Source: a virus (lineage: Duplodnaviria > Heunggongvirae > Uroviricota > Caudoviricetes). From it: a stretch of 24,148 bases of DNA. Below, piece by piece: positions 15,272-24,148 of this stretch. The notes under the pieces were generated by a model that saw only the letters and a list, made by a program, of their open reading frames with translations, did no database searches and had not been told where the DNA came from. The DNA lies in the IMG/VR virus record IMGVR_UViG_2778261504_000003, positions 1 through 24,148 of that record. One strand, given 5' to 3'. A program made the translations under genes and the position numbers. Each line of letters begins with the position of its first letter. Position 1 is the first letter of the stretch.

Positions 15272-15622
15272 ATGCCATCACTAATCCCACGCGCCTGCCG
15301 TAAGCGTGGATGTGCAGCTACAACCACAGACAGTTCTGGTTACTGCGATAAACATCGTGGCGAAGGATGGGCACAGCATCAGCGCGGACTGAGTCGCCAC
15401 CAGCGAGGCTATGGCTCGAAATGGGATGCCATACGTGCGCGCATACTGAAGCGTGATAATCATCTGTGTCAGAACTGCCTGCGCAATGGGAGAGCCGTTG
15501 AAGCCAGAACTGTGGACCACATCATTCCGAAAGCTCATGGTGGCACGGATGCAGACAGTAACCTGCAGAGTCTGTGCTGGCCCTGTCATAAAGCAAAAAC
15601 AGCGCGCGAACGCATCAATTGA
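15272..15622 (+). CDS. HNH endonuclease (packaging-associated)
   Basis: CQNCL...VDHIIPKAHGGTDADSNLQSLCWPCHKAKT HNH motif. Located immediately upstream of the terminase genes, as in HK97-like phages. Confidence 0.85.
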   Translation: MPSLIPRACRKRGCAATTTDSSGYCDKHRGEGWAQHQRGLSRHQRGYGSKWDAIRARILKRDNHLCQNCLRNGRAVEARTVDHIIPKAHGGTDADSNLQSLCWPCHKAKTARERIN

Positions 15623-15769
15623 TAACAGTTCCCATCTGTAGGGGAGGGGCAGGTCAAATCTCTGCAACCCTGGCTGCTCAGTACCGCCGCCTGACCCTTC
15701 CTCACATCGCCGCAGGTTCGAAAACTTTTTTTGGGAATGTGATTAAACGATTGATAGGTAAAACCGATT
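15623..15769. other. Candidate cos/packaging-initiation region between HNH and the terminase small subunit
   Basis: Non-coding, GC-rich segment (CAGTACCGCCGCCTGACCC) in the position where HK97-like phages carry cos. Positional inference only. Confidence 0.25.
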
Positions 15770-16252
15770 ATGCCAGGACCCCCGAAAACCCCGCCACGCC
15801 TGCATTTGATACGAGGCAACCCCTCAAAACGCCCCGTTAAAGACCCCAAAAAAACCGCTAAAAAGGATGAAAAAGGTCTCCCTAAAATTCCGCAACATTT
15901 AGGGGCACAGGGGAAGTACTGGTTCAGGCGAATGGCGGAAGAATTGAATGCGGAAGGGATCATTTCTCAGCTTGATGCGCGTGCACTCGAGTTACTGGTG
16001 GAAGCCTACACCGAATACCGGCATCACTGCGAAACACTCGATGTTGAGGGTTATACCTACCGCACGGAAACGCAGAATGGCGATGTGATGATCAAGGCAC
16101 ATCCGGCTGCGGCGATGAAGGCGGATGCCTGGAAGCGGATCCGGGCGATGCTTGCAGAGTTTGGTATGTCACCGGCAAGCCGGGCTAAAGTAAATACCGC
16201 CGGACCGGATGATGTTGATCCACTGGCAGAGCTTTTAAAAGCGAGAGACTGA
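15770..16252 (+). CDS. Terminase small subunit (P27 family)
   Basis: N-terminal LHLIRGNPSKRP signature of P27-family small terminases; directly upstream of the large subunit with overlapping stop/start. Confidence 0.85.
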   Translation: MPGPPKTPPRLHLIRGNPSKRPVKDPKKTAKKDEKGLPKIPQHLGAQGKYWFRRMAEELNAEGIISQLDARALELLVEAYTEYRHHCETLDVEGYTYRTETQNGDVMIKAHPAAAMKADAWKRIRAMLAEFGMSPASRAKVNTAGPDDVDPLAELLKARD

Positions 16253-18009
16253 TGGCAAAAGTGGCTGACGGGATCCGTTACGCCGAACGTGTTGTTGCAG
16301 GAGAAATTGTTGCTGGCGAATTTGTCCGTCTGGCCTGCCAGCGTTTTCTTGATGATCTGAAGTACGGCGAAGAGCGGGGGATTTATTTCAGTGAACCCCG
16401 TGCACAGCACATCCTGAATTTCTACAAATTTGTGCCCCATGTGAAAGGGGCGCTGGCAGGCCATCCCATTGAGTTGATGGACTGGCATGTATTTATCCTC
16501 ATTAATATTTTTGGTTTTGTCATTCCGCTGGTGAATGAAGAAACCGGGGAAGTTGTCATGCGCAGCGATGGCAGCGGACGCCCGGTGATGGTGCGCCGGT
16601 TCCGGACGGCGTACAACGAAGTCGCCCGTAAAAACGCAAAATCAACCCTGTCATCGGGTATCGGCCTGTATATGACGGGGGCAGATGGTGAAGGCGGTGC
16701 TGAGGTGTATTCAGCCGCAACCACGCGTGACCAGGCCAGAATCGTGTTTGAAGACGCCAAAAATATGGTCAGAAAAGCCCGGTCGACACTCGGGCGGTTG
16801 TTTGATTTCAACAAGCTGGCGATTTACCAGGAGCAGAGCGCATCAAAATTTGAACCGCTTTCCTCGGATGCAAACAACCTGGATGGTCTGAACATCCACT
16901 GCGCCATTATTGATGAGCTGCATGCACATAAAACCCGTGATGTGTGGGACGTTCTGGAAACGGCGACCGGTGCCCGTCTGCAGTCCCTTTTATTTGGTAT
17001 TACCACGGCAGGGTTTAACAAGGAAGGGATTTGTTACGAGCAGCGTGATTACGCCATCAAGGTATTGCGTGGCTATAACAGCGACGTGGAGGGCGCTGTA
17101 AAAGACGACTCCTACTTTGCGATTATTTACACCCTCGATGAGGGAGATGATCCGTTTGATGAAACGGTCTGGCAGAAAGCGAATCCCGGCCTGGGCATCT
17201 GTAAACGCTGGGATGATCTGCGTCGTCTGGCGAAAAAAGCGAAAGAACAGGTCTCTGCGCGGGTGAATTTTTTTACCAAACACATGAATGTGTGGGTAAC
17301 AGCAGAGTCTGCCTGGATGGACATGATTAAGTGGGAGAAGTGCGAATACATTGCCCCACGACATGAGCTGAAAACGTATCCCATGTGGGTCGGCGTTGAC
17401 CTTGCTCATAAGATTGATATCTGTGCGGCGGCAAAACTCTGGCGAACGGATAACGGGCATGTTCATGCCGATTTTAAATTCTGGCTTCCGGAAGGACGGC
17501 TGGAACGATGCTCGCGGCAGCAGGCAGAACTTTACCGGAAGTGGTCGGAGATGGATAAGCTGATTCTGACGGATGGTGATGTTATCGATCATGCTCAGAT
17601 AAAAAATGACTTACTGGAATGGATTGGTGGTGAAAACCTCAGGGAACTGGGATTTGACCCGTGGAGCGCGATGCAGTTCAGCCTGGCACTGGCTGAAGAA
17701 GGGATACCGCTGGTGGAGGTTCCGCAGACGGTTCGCAATCTGTCAGAGGCCATGAAGGAAACGGAATCACTGGTCTATGCCGGGCGTTTCCATCACAGCA
17801 ATCATCCGGTCATGAACTGGATGATGTCTAACGTTACGGTAAAACCGGACAAAAACGACAACATCTTCCCGAATAAATCCACGCCGGAAGCCAAAATCGA
17901 CGGCCCTGTTGCGATGTTTACAGCAATGAGCCGGATGCTGGTCAATGGTGGAGAACCGGAGCCGGATCTGTCTGAACATCTGGTCAGCGTGGGCATCCGC
18001 TCGCTTTAA
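16252..18009 (+). CDS. Terminase large subunit
   Basis: 585 aa, positioned between TerS and portal. Walker-like and nuclease regions consistent with HK97-type TerL (e.g. CAIIDELH). Confidence 0.9.
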   Translation: MAKVADGIRYAERVVAGEIVAGEFVRLACQRFLDDLKYGEERGIYFSEPRAQHILNFYKFVPHVKGALAGHPIELMDWHVFILINIFGFVIPLVNEETGEVVMRSDGSGRPVMVRRFRTAYNEVARKNAKSTLSSGIGLYMTGADGEGGAEVYSAATTRDQARIVFEDAKNMVRKARSTLGRLFDFNKLAIYQEQSASKFEPLSSDANNLDGLNIHCAIIDELHAHKTRDVWDVLETATGARLQSLLFGITTAGFNKEGICYEQRDYAIKVLRGYNSDVEGAVKDDSYFAIIYTLDEGDDPFDETVWQKANPGLGICKRWDDLRRLAKKAKEQVSARVNFFTKHMNVWVTAESAWMDMIKWEKCEYIAPRHELKTYPMWVGVDLAHKIDICAAAKLWRTDNGHVHADFKFWLPEGRLERCSRQQAELYRKWSEMDKLILTDGDVIDHAQIKNDLLEWIGGENLRELGFDPWSAMQFSLALAEEGIPLVEVPQTVRNLSEAMKETESLVYAGRFHHSNHPVMNWMMSNVTVKPDKNDNIFPNKSTPEAKIDGPVAMFTAMSRMLVNGGEPEPDLSEHLVSVGIRSL

Positions 18010-18020
18010 CCGAGGTCATT

Positions 18021-18203
18021 ATGTTTCTGATAATTCTCGCGCCACTGGTGGGCGTGCTGGGTGCGCTTTTACTGGCGTATGGTGCCTGGCTGATTTATCC
18101 CCCGGCGGGTTTTGTTGTTGCCGGGGTGCTGTGCCTGTTCTGGTCGTGGCTGGTGGCGCGATATCTCGACCGTACACAGCCGTCTGTCGGCGGAGGTAAA
18201 TAG
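18021..18203 (+). CDS. Hypothetical small membrane protein (60 aa) between TerL and portal
   Basis: GAGGT 5 nt upstream of ATG. Two hydrophobic segments. Stop overlaps the portal GTG start. Confidence 0.45.
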   Translation: MFLIILAPLVGVLGALLLAYGAWLIYPPAGFVVAGVLCLFWSWLVARYLDRTQPSVGGGK

Positions 18204-19444
18204 TGTTCTTTTCGGGATTATTTCAACGAAAAAGTGACGCGCCGGTGACCACGCCAGCAGAGCTGGCGGATGCTATCGGGCTGTCCTACGACACCTATAC
18301 CGGAAAGCAGATCAGCAGCCAGCGGGCCATGCGACTGACGGCGGTTTTTTCCTGCGTCAGGGTGCTGGCAGAGTCGGTCGGGATGTTGCCCTGCAATCTG
18401 TATCACCTGAACGGCAGCCTGAAACAGAGGGCCACCGGCGAACGTCTGCATAAGCTGATCTCCACGCATCCCAATGGCTATATGACGCCGCAGGAGTTCT
18501 GGGAGCTGGTGGTCACCTGTCTGTGCCTGCGGGGAAACTTTTACGCCTACAAAGTGAAAGCATTTGGCGAAGTGGCTGAACTGCTGCCCGTCGATCCCGG
18601 CTGTGTGGTACCGAAGCTTAACAGTAGCTGGGAGCCGGTCTATCAGGTCACATTCCCGGATGGCTCCACGGATGTACTGAGCCAGGAGGATATCTGGCAT
18701 GTGCGCACGCTGACGCTGGACGGACTGATGGGGCTGAATCCCGTCGCCTATGCCCGCGAGGCAATATCGCTGGCGGCAGCGACCGAAGAGCACGGGGCCA
18801 GACTGTTCAGCAATGGCGCGGTGACGTCGGGTGTGTTGCGTACAGAGCAGACGCTGTCAGATCAGGCTTACGAGCGCCTGAAGAAAGATTTTGAGGAGCG
18901 TCACACCGGGCTTGGTAATGCTCACCGCCCGATGATCCTTGAGATGGGGCTGGACTGGAAGTCGATGGCGCTGAACGCCGAGGACAGCCAGTTCCTGGAA
19001 ACCCGCAAGTTTCAGCTTGAAGAAATCTGTCGTCTGTTCCGGGTGCCGTTGCACATGGTGCAGAACACCGATCGCGCCACCTTCAACAATATCGAAGAGC
19101 TGGGGCTGGGATTTATCAACTATTCACTGGTGCCGTATCTGACCCGCATCGAACAGCGGATCAACACCGGACTGGTACGAAAAAGTAAGCAGGGCGTTTA
19201 TTACGCCAAATTTAACGCCGGGGCGTTACTGCGCGGGGATATGAAGTCCCGTTTTGAAGCCTACGCCACCGGGATCAACTGGGGAATTTACTCTCCCAAT
19301 GACTGCCGCGACCTGGAAGATATGAATCCGCGTCCCGGTGGTGATGTCTATCTCACACCGATGAACATGACCACGAAACCCTCCGATGGCAGTAAAGCCG
19401 GTAAGCAGAAGGATAACGCCAATGCAGACGAAACAACGTCTTGA
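18203..19444 (+). CDS. Portal protein (HK97 family)
   Basis: 413 aa, GTG start with GGAGG 5 nt upstream. Position after TerL and before the prohead protease. Family assigned mainly by position and size. Confidence 0.88.
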   Translation: MFFSGLFQRKSDAPVTTPAELADAIGLSYDTYTGKQISSQRAMRLTAVFSCVRVLAESVGMLPCNLYHLNGSLKQRATGERLHKLISTHPNGYMTPQEFWELVVTCLCLRGNFYAYKVKAFGEVAELLPVDPGCVVPKLNSSWEPVYQVTFPDGSTDVLSQEDIWHVRTLTLDGLMGLNPVAYAREAISLAAATEEHGARLFSNGAVTSGVLRTEQTLSDQAYERLKKDFEERHTGLGNAHRPMILEMGLDWKSMALNAEDSQFLETRKFQLEEICRLFRVPLHMVQNTDRATFNNIEELGLGFINYSLVPYLTRIEQRINTGLVRKSKQGVYYAKFNAGALLRGDMKSRFEAYATGINWGIYSPNDCRDLEDMNPRPGGDVYLTPMNMTTKPSDGSKAGKQKDNANADETTS

Positions 19445-20072
19445 TGTACCGCTGAGTCTGAAATCTGTCAGTGACTCCGGTGAGTTTGAAGGGTATGGCT
19501 CCGTCTTTGGTGTAAAGGACAGCCACGATGATGTGGTGATGTCCGGGGCATTTGCTGCTTCCCTGCGGGCGTGGAGTGACAGAAAAGCGTTACCTGCGCT
19601 GCTCTGGCAGCACCGCATGGATGAACCCATCGGTGTTTACACCGAAATGAAGGAAGACGATGTCGGGCTTTACGTCAGGGGACGGTTGCTTATTGATGAT
19701 GATCCCCTCGCAAAACGCGCACATGCACACATGAAGGCCGGTTCGTTAACCGGCCTTTCTATTGGGTACGTCCTGAAAGACTGGGAATACGACCGGAGCA
19801 AAGAAGCCTTTCTGCTGAAAGAAATCGACCTCTGGGAAGTCAGCCTGGTGACGTTCCCGTCTAACGACGAGGCGCGGATCAGCGACGTCAAGAACGCACT
19901 GGCCCGCGGGGAAATTCCCGAACAGAAAAAAATCGAAAGAGTCCTGCGTGATGTCGGACTCTCCCGTACCCAGGCCAAAGCATTCATGGCCGGGGGCTAT
20001 GGCGCACTGTCCCTGCGCGACGCTGAGGATGTGGGCTCTGCACTGAATGCACTGAAAAATCTGAACTTCTAA
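19422..20072 (+). CDS. Prohead maturation protease (HK97 family)
   Basis: Position between portal and capsid; about 216 aa. Start ATG 19422 with AAGGA upstream. Confidence 0.82.
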   Translation: MQTKQRLDVPLSLKSVSDSGEFEGYGSVFGVKDSHDDVVMSGAFAASLRAWSDRKALPALLWQHRMDEPIGVYTEMKEDDVGLYVRGRLLIDDDPLAKRAHAHMKAGSLTGLSIGYVLKDWEYDRSKEAFLLKEIDLWEVSLVTFPSNDEARISDVKNALARGEIPEQKKIERVLRDVGLSRTQAKAFMAGGYGALSLRDAEDVGSALNALKNLNF

Positions 20073-20086
20073 TCAGGAGAAATACG

Positions 20087-21292
20087 ATGGCGGTTGATAT
20101 TAAAGATGTCGAACAGGTCGCGCAGGAGCTGCAGCAGAAGTTTGACGACTTCAAGGCAAAGAACGACAAGCGCGTGGAGGCGATTGAGCAGGAAAAAGGC
20201 AAACTTGCCGGGCAGGTGGAAACCCTGAACGGAAAACTCAGCGAGCTGGAAAATCTCAAAAGCGACCTTGAAAAAGAGCTGCTTGAGCTGAAACGTCCGG
20301 CAGGTGGTGCGCAAAATAAACTGGCCACCGAGCATAAAGAGGCGTTTGTGGGCTTCCTGCGTAAAGGCCGTGAAGACGGTCTGCGCGATCTGGAGCGTAA
20401 GGCATTGCAGGTGGGCACCGATGAAGACGGTGGCTATGCCGTGCCGGAAGCACTGGATCGCAACATTCTCAACCTGCTGAAAGATGAAGTGGTGATGCGC
20501 CAGGAAGCCACGGTGATCACCGTTGGCGGTTCCGACTACAAAAAACTGGTGAATCTGGGCGGTACGGCTTCCGGATGGGTGGGCGAGACTGACGCGCGCT
20601 CCCAGACTGCCACTTCCAGACTGGGGCTGATTGAACCTTTCATGGGGGAAATCTACGGTAACCCGCAGGCCACCCAGAAAATGCTGGATGATGCCTTTTT
20701 CAACGTGGAAGCATGGATCAACAGCGAGCTGGCAACCGAATTTGCCGAACAGGAAGAAATTGCCTTTACCACCGGCGATGGTACCAAGAAGCCGAAAGGG
20801 TTCCTGGCGTATGAATCCACGGATGAAACCGATAAGGTCCGGGCGTTCGGCAAACTTCAGCATATTGTATCCGGCGACGCGACGGCGGTGACCGCAGACG
20901 CCATTATCAAACTGATTTACACGCTGCGTAAGGCACACCGCACCGGCGCGAAGTTCATGATGAACAACAACAGCCTGTTTGCCATTCGTCTGCTGAAAGA
21001 CAGCGAGGGTAACTATCTGTGGCGTCCGGGGCTGGAGCTGGGGCAGCCGTCCTCTCTGGCGGGTTACGGTATCGCTGAAAACGAACAGATGCCGGATATC
21101 GCCGCTGATGCGAAAGCCATTGCATTTGGTAACTTCAAACGGGGTTACACCATCGTTGACCGTATCGGTACCCGCATTCTGCGTGACCCGTACACCAATA
21201 AACCGTTTGTCGGTTTTTATACCACCAAGCGCACCGGCGGCATGCTGGTCGATTCGCAGGCCATCAAACTGCTGAAGATTGCAGCGGCGTAA
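20087..21292 (+). CDS. Major capsid protein (HK97 fold) with N-terminal coiled-coil scaffolding (delta) domain
   Basis: AGGAG 8 nt upstream. N-terminal about 100 aa is coiled-coil (EQEKGKLAGQVETLNGKLSELENLKSDLEKELLELK), followed by a capsid domain of about 300 aa. Confidence 0.9.
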   Translation: MAVDIKDVEQVAQELQQKFDDFKAKNDKRVEAIEQEKGKLAGQVETLNGKLSELENLKSDLEKELLELKRPAGGAQNKLATEHKEAFVGFLRKGREDGLRDLERKALQVGTDEDGGYAVPEALDRNILNLLKDEVVMRQEATVITVGGSDYKKLVNLGGTASGWVGETDARSQTATSRLGLIEPFMGEIYGNPQATQKMLDDAFFNVEAWINSELATEFAEQEEIAFTTGDGTKKPKGFLAYESTDETDKVRAFGKLQHIVSGDATAVTADAIIKLIYTLRKAHRTGAKFMMNNNSLFAIRLLKDSEGNYLWRPGLELGQPSSLAGYGIAENEQMPDIAADAKAIAFGNFKRGYTIVDRIGTRILRDPYTNKPFVGFYTTKRTGGMLVDSQAIKLLKIAAA

Positions 21293-21300
21293 TCATTCAG

Positions 21301-21327
21301 GGGGCGCAGAAGTGCGCCCCTGTTCTG
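21301..21327 (+). terminator. Stem-loop downstream of the capsid gene (weak terminator or RNA stability element)
   Basis: GGGGCGCA, GAAG, TGCGCCCC, then TGTTCTG. The U-tract is poor. Confidence 0.35.
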
Positions 21328-21342
21328 ACAGGTGAAAGAATC

Positions 21343-21531
21343 ATGATCCTGAAACAAGATCTGAAATGGTCACCGGACGGTATGCGTGTTGAGATTATTC
21401 GGGCCGGTGAGTATGAAGATAAAGAATTACCCGAACGGGTACGCGAAATTGCCACTGCAGCTGGGATTGTCTCTGATAAGAGAACACCTGTTGCGCGGGG
21501 GGCTGATAAGTCTAAAAAACAGCATTCATAG
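21343..21531 (+). CDS. Hypothetical small protein (62 aa) between capsid and connector
   Basis: ATG with GGTGAAAG upstream; charged, Lys-rich C-terminus. Confidence 0.45.
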   Translation: MILKQDLKWSPDGMRVEIIRAGEYEDKELPERVREIATAAGIVSDKRTPVARGADKSKKQHS

Positions 21532-21542
21532 AGGTTGCCCAA

Positions 21543-21848
21543 ATGATGCCCACTCTGGAAGAGCTTCGTGTTCAGTGCCGGATTGATGATGACAATGAAC
21601 AGGAGAATTCTCTTCTTATGATGTATCTGGCTGCTGCCAGGGAAGAGACTGAAAAGTTTTTAAACCGGACGCTTTACGATGAAACTGTTTCTGAGCAGGA
21701 TACGACCGGGCTTGTAATAACACCTCTGATAAAACTGCGTCTTATGCAACTGGTTGGCTACTGGTACGAGAACAGGGAAATGCAGGATGCAGTGCCTGAT
21801 TTTTTCTATACCGGACTGCGGATGTATCGGTTTCATCCCGGGACATAG
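21543..21848 (+). CDS. Head-tail connector (gp6-like adaptor)
   Basis: LEELRVQCRIDDDNEQENSLLMMYLAAAREETEKFLNRTL fits the gp6-like connector pattern (hxRID.DDE...L..a.e). Confidence 0.75.
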   Translation: MMPTLEELRVQCRIDDDNEQENSLLMMYLAAAREETEKFLNRTLYDETVSEQDTTGLVITPLIKLRLMQLVGYWYENREMQDAVPDFFYTGLRMYRFHPGT

Positions 21849-21856
21849 GAGGATTC

Positions 21857-22195
21857 ATGCAGGCAGGAAGATTACGTGATCGTGTGGTTATTCTGAATGC
21901 CACCACCGTTCGGTCTCCATCAGGGCACCCTGTGGAAACAATGACGGAAGGGGCAACCATATGGGCAGAAGTTAAGGGGATCAGTGGCAGGGAGAGAATA
22001 TCCGGAGGCGCAGAAACTGCTCAGGCTACAGTGAGGGTCTGGATGAGATTCCGGCGAGATGTGACAGCAACTTCATGTCTGAAAGTGCTGACTGGTGCAT
22101 TCAGAGGCGCGATTCTGAGTATAGACGGTCCGCCGATACCGGATGCCCGTGCCACCCGGCTTGAGATACTCTGTTCTCAGAAGGGGAATGTGTGA
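21857..22195 (+). CDS. Head closure / head-tail joining protein
   Basis: AGGAGG upstream. 112 aa, with the RDRV..L and WAEV motifs typical of head closure proteins; position after the gp6-like connector. Confidence 0.7.
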   Translation: MQAGRLRDRVVILNATTVRSPSGHPVETMTEGATIWAEVKGISGRERISGGAETAQATVRVWMRFRRDVTATSCLKVLTGAFRGAILSIDGPPIPDARATRLEILCSQKGNV

Positions 22196-22641
22196 TGGAT
22201 TTCAGTCTTGATTTTTCAGGTCTGGCGGATATTGCACGGGATCTGGAGACGCTCAGCAGGGCAGAAAACAATAAGGTGCTGCGCGATGCCACCCGTGCCG
22301 GTGCTGAAGTTATGCGGGATGCAGTTGTTGAACGTGCGCCGGAGCGAACCGGGAAACTGAAGAAAAATGTGGTTGTTCTCACTCAGCGTTCAAAGCGTCG
22401 GGGGGAAATTATCTCGGGTGTCCACATTCGTGGACGGAACCTGCGAACCGGAAACAGTGATAACAGCATGAAAGCCAGCGATCCCCGAAATGCGTTTTAC
22501 TGGCGCTTTGTGGAGCTGGGAACGATAAACATGCCCGCGCATCCGTTCATTCGCCCGGCTTTCGATACGACAGAGGAACTGGCAGCACAGATTGCCATAC
22601 AGCGAATGAATCAGGCTATTGATGAGGTCTTAAGTAAATGA
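22195..22641 (+). CDS. HK97 gp10-like tail component
   Basis: About 148 aa at the head-to-tail junction, with ...INMPAHPFIRPAFD... typical of the gp10 family. Start could instead be the GTG at 22192. Confidence 0.7.
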   Translation: MDFSLDFSGLADIARDLETLSRAENNKVLRDATRAGAEVMRDAVVERAPERTGKLKKNVVVLTQRSKRRGEIISGVHIRGRNLRTGNSDNSMKASDPRNAFYWRFVELGTINMPAHPFIRPAFDTTEELAAQIAIQRMNQAIDEVLSK

Positions 22642-22982
22642 GAGAGACCACACTGTATTCCCTGCTGTCTCAACTGGCCGGAGGACAGGTTTATCCTTAT
22701 GTGGTCCCGCTGACGGAGGGAAAGCCTGCGGTATCTCCGCCATGGCTGGTGTTTTCTGTGGTGTCTGACACGGCATCTGATGTGCTTGATGGTCAGGCTG
22801 AATCAAGAATTACCGTGCAGATCGATGTCTGGGCGACAGTACCTGATGACGCAGATGATATCCGTGAGCAGGCGCTTGATGCGGTAAGGCAACTGGCACC
22901 CTCCGTTATTTCTAAAACGCAGGGTTATGATCCTGATTCCCGTCTGAGCAGAGCCACGCTTGAATTTCAGGTAATAGCCTGA
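22638..22982 (+). CDS. Tail completion/terminator-like protein (DUF3168-like)
   Basis: 114 aa, last gene before the strong terminator that precedes the major tail protein. Assignment mainly positional. Confidence 0.55.
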   Translation: MRETTLYSLLSQLAGGQVYPYVVPLTEGKPAVSPPWLVFSVVSDTASDVLDGQAESRITVQIDVWATVPDDADDIREQALDAVRQLAPSVISKTQGYDPDSRLSRATLEFQVIA

Positions 22983-23003
22983 GATCGTTAATGATTTTAC
23001 CCA

Positions 23004-23027
23004 CCCGCCGCTGGCGGGTTTTTTTAT
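23004..23027 (+). terminator. Intrinsic terminator upstream of the major tail protein gene
   Basis: CCCGCC, GCT, GGCGGG, followed by 9 T; then AGGAGA RBS and ATG 23043. Confidence 0.7.
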
Positions 23028-23042
23028 TTTCAGGAGACGAGT

Positions 23043-23747
23043 ATGTCCTCTAATTTTGAACGTTCTCAGCAGACCAAAGTCATGATCTCGTCTGCACCGG
23101 TAACGGCAGAAACGCTGAGTTCTGCCAGTTTTCTTGAACTGAGCTGTACGATTAAAGAGGTTCAGTTTACCGCCGGGCAGAAACAGGATATTGATGTCAC
23201 CACGCTGTGTTCTGTTGAGCAGGAAAATATTAACGGTCTTGGTGCCGCGTCAGAGATTTCCATGTCAGGCAACTTTTACCTCAATGCTGCCCAGAACGCG
23301 TTGCGCAGTGCCTATGACAATGACACCACGTATGGCTTTAAAGTTATTTTTCCGTCAGGCAACGGATTTACCTTTATGGCAGAGGTGCGTCAGCATACCT
23401 GGTCTGCAGGAACCAATGGTGTTGTGGCTGCAACGTTTTCCCTGCGCCTGAAAGGTAAACCTGTACTGACGACAGAGCCGCTGAAAGTGAAGGTCGATTT
23501 AAACAGCACGCTGCAGGTTTCTGCCGGAGCGAAACTCGAAATGGTGGTTGAGGCTGCCGGTGGTGTGCCGCCTTATTCTTATGTCTGGAAGAAAGGTGGT
23601 TCTCCTGTTTCCGGACAGACGGCGGCAACGTTCAGTAAGGCATCAGCAGCATCCGGTGATGCCGGTGCGTATACCTGCGAGATTTCTGATTCAGCAAGCC
23701 CTGTTAACAAGGTGACCTCCACTTCCTGCACTGTTACCGTCAGTTAA
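23043..23747 (+). CDS. Major tail protein with C-terminal Ig-like domain
   Basis: Position, size, and a C-terminal about 80 aa with Ig-like hallmarks (PPYSYVWKKGGSPVSGQTAATFSKASAASGDAGAYTCEISD), as in lambda gpV-type tail tube proteins. Confidence 0.8.
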   Translation: MSSNFERSQQTKVMISSAPVTAETLSSASFLELSCTIKEVQFTAGQKQDIDVTTLCSVEQENINGLGAASEISMSGNFYLNAAQNALRSAYDNDTTYGFKVIFPSGNGFTFMAEVRQHTWSAGTNGVVAATFSLRLKGKPVLTTEPLKVKVDLNSTLQVSAGAKLEMVVEAAGGVPPYSYVWKKGGSPVSGQTAATFSKASAASGDAGAYTCEISDSASPVNKVTSTSCTVTVS

Positions 23748-24118
23748 TGAGGATAGATGTGATGACTAAAAATATCCGTAATCTGGCACTGGCAACGATG
23801 TCGGGGTTTCGCCATAAAACTGTTGATGTGCCTGAATGGGAAGGGGCAACGGTTGTATTACGGGAACCTTCTGCAGAAGCCTGGTTGCGCTGGCAGGAGA
23901 TCGTTAAAGCAAAAGATGATGAGACACCGTTATCCGTTGCGGAGCGCGCCCGCCGAAATCTGGAGGCAGATGTTGAACTGTTCATTGATGTTCTGTGTGA
24001 TACCGGACTGCAACCTGTATTTTCAGAGGATGATCGTGAACAGGTGATTGCCGTGTATGGCCCGGTGCATGGTAATGTTCCGGTGACCTCATCTTCACAG
24101 AAATTTTCACGCCATTAG
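23747..24118 (+). CDS. Tail assembly chaperone (gpG-like)
   Basis: Directly after the major tail protein; acidic, about 120 aa. The -1 frame is open from about 24076 to the window end, consistent with a G/GT frameshift product. Start is ATG 23747 or ATG 23762. Confidence 0.6.
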   Translation: MRIDVMTKNIRNLALATMSGFRHKTVDVPEWEGATVVLREPSAEAWLRWQEIVKAKDDETPLSVAERARRNLEADVELFIDVLCDTGLQPVFSEDDREQVIAVYGPVHGNVPVTSSSQKFSRH

Positions 24119-24148
24119 CATTCCGGTATTCGTATAACTTCCTTCTGT

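Larger units (their letters stand above)
1..24148. mobile_element. Lambdoid prophage segment (Dic/Qin-type immunity and early-left operon; HK97-like packaging and head module); both ends lie outside the window
   Basis: Canonical phage gene order: repressor/cro, replication, rusA, Q, lysis S-R-Rz/Rz1, HNH, TerS, TerL, portal, protease, capsid, connector, tail. No integrase or att site in window. Confidence 0.9.

Noticed and set aside
15690-15730. tRNA suspected from GGTTCGAAA
   Set aside because: The flanking sequence does not provide a T-stem, acceptor stem or CCA end; no cloverleaf can be formed.
16990-20938. Long antisense ORFs within terminase, portal and capsid genes (e.g. 16990..17592, 18218..18793, 20069..20938)
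   Set aside because: They are antisense to well-supported structural genes in GC-rich coding sequence. They have Arg/Gly/Pro-rich translations typical of shadow ORFs.
1-24148. CRISPR arrays, IS elements, integrase or att sites
   Set aside because: No regularly spaced direct repeats, no transposase-like ORF with terminal inverted repeats, and no integrase were found. The prophage boundaries appear to lie outside the window.

Overview
This window is a contiguous internal segment of a lambdoid prophage from an Escherichia-like enterobacterium, with a Dic/Qin-type immunity region and an HK97-like head module. Left to right: (1) a leftward early operon on the minus strand: DicA-like repressor, terminator, ydfA, ydfB, ydfC, an inserted AT-rich two-ORF cassette plus a GC-rich hairpin-dense spacer, DicF sRNA, dicB, ydfD and a partial gene; (2) a rightward early operon: Cro-like, YdaT-like, replication protein and about 4 kb of small genes of unknown function; (3) a reverse-strand RelE/ParE-type toxin plus HTH antitoxin pair behind a bidirectional terminator; (4) DUF968, rusA, antiterminator Q, a terminator, a small ORF and a DNA methyltransferase; (5) a lambda-like lysis cassette (holin, R, Rz with embedded Rz1); (6) HNH endonuclease, terminase small and large subunits, portal, prohead protease, major capsid, connector and closure proteins, major tail protein and the start of a tail assembly chaperone. 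I saw no rRNA, tRNA, CRISPR array or IS element. The best candidate for something undescribed is the roughly 0.95 kb insertion between ydfC and DicF (1048-2021); I could not assign it a function. Other points worth a second look are a strongly acidic small early protein (possible DNA mimic), the toxin-antitoxin moron, and a methyltransferase islet bracketed by two terminators. All family assignments are from reading the translations and remembered family signatures; no database search was run. Coordinates for features absent from the ORF track (ydfA, ydfB, DicF, terminators, the 27-aa ORF) were hand-read and may be off by 1-2 nt.
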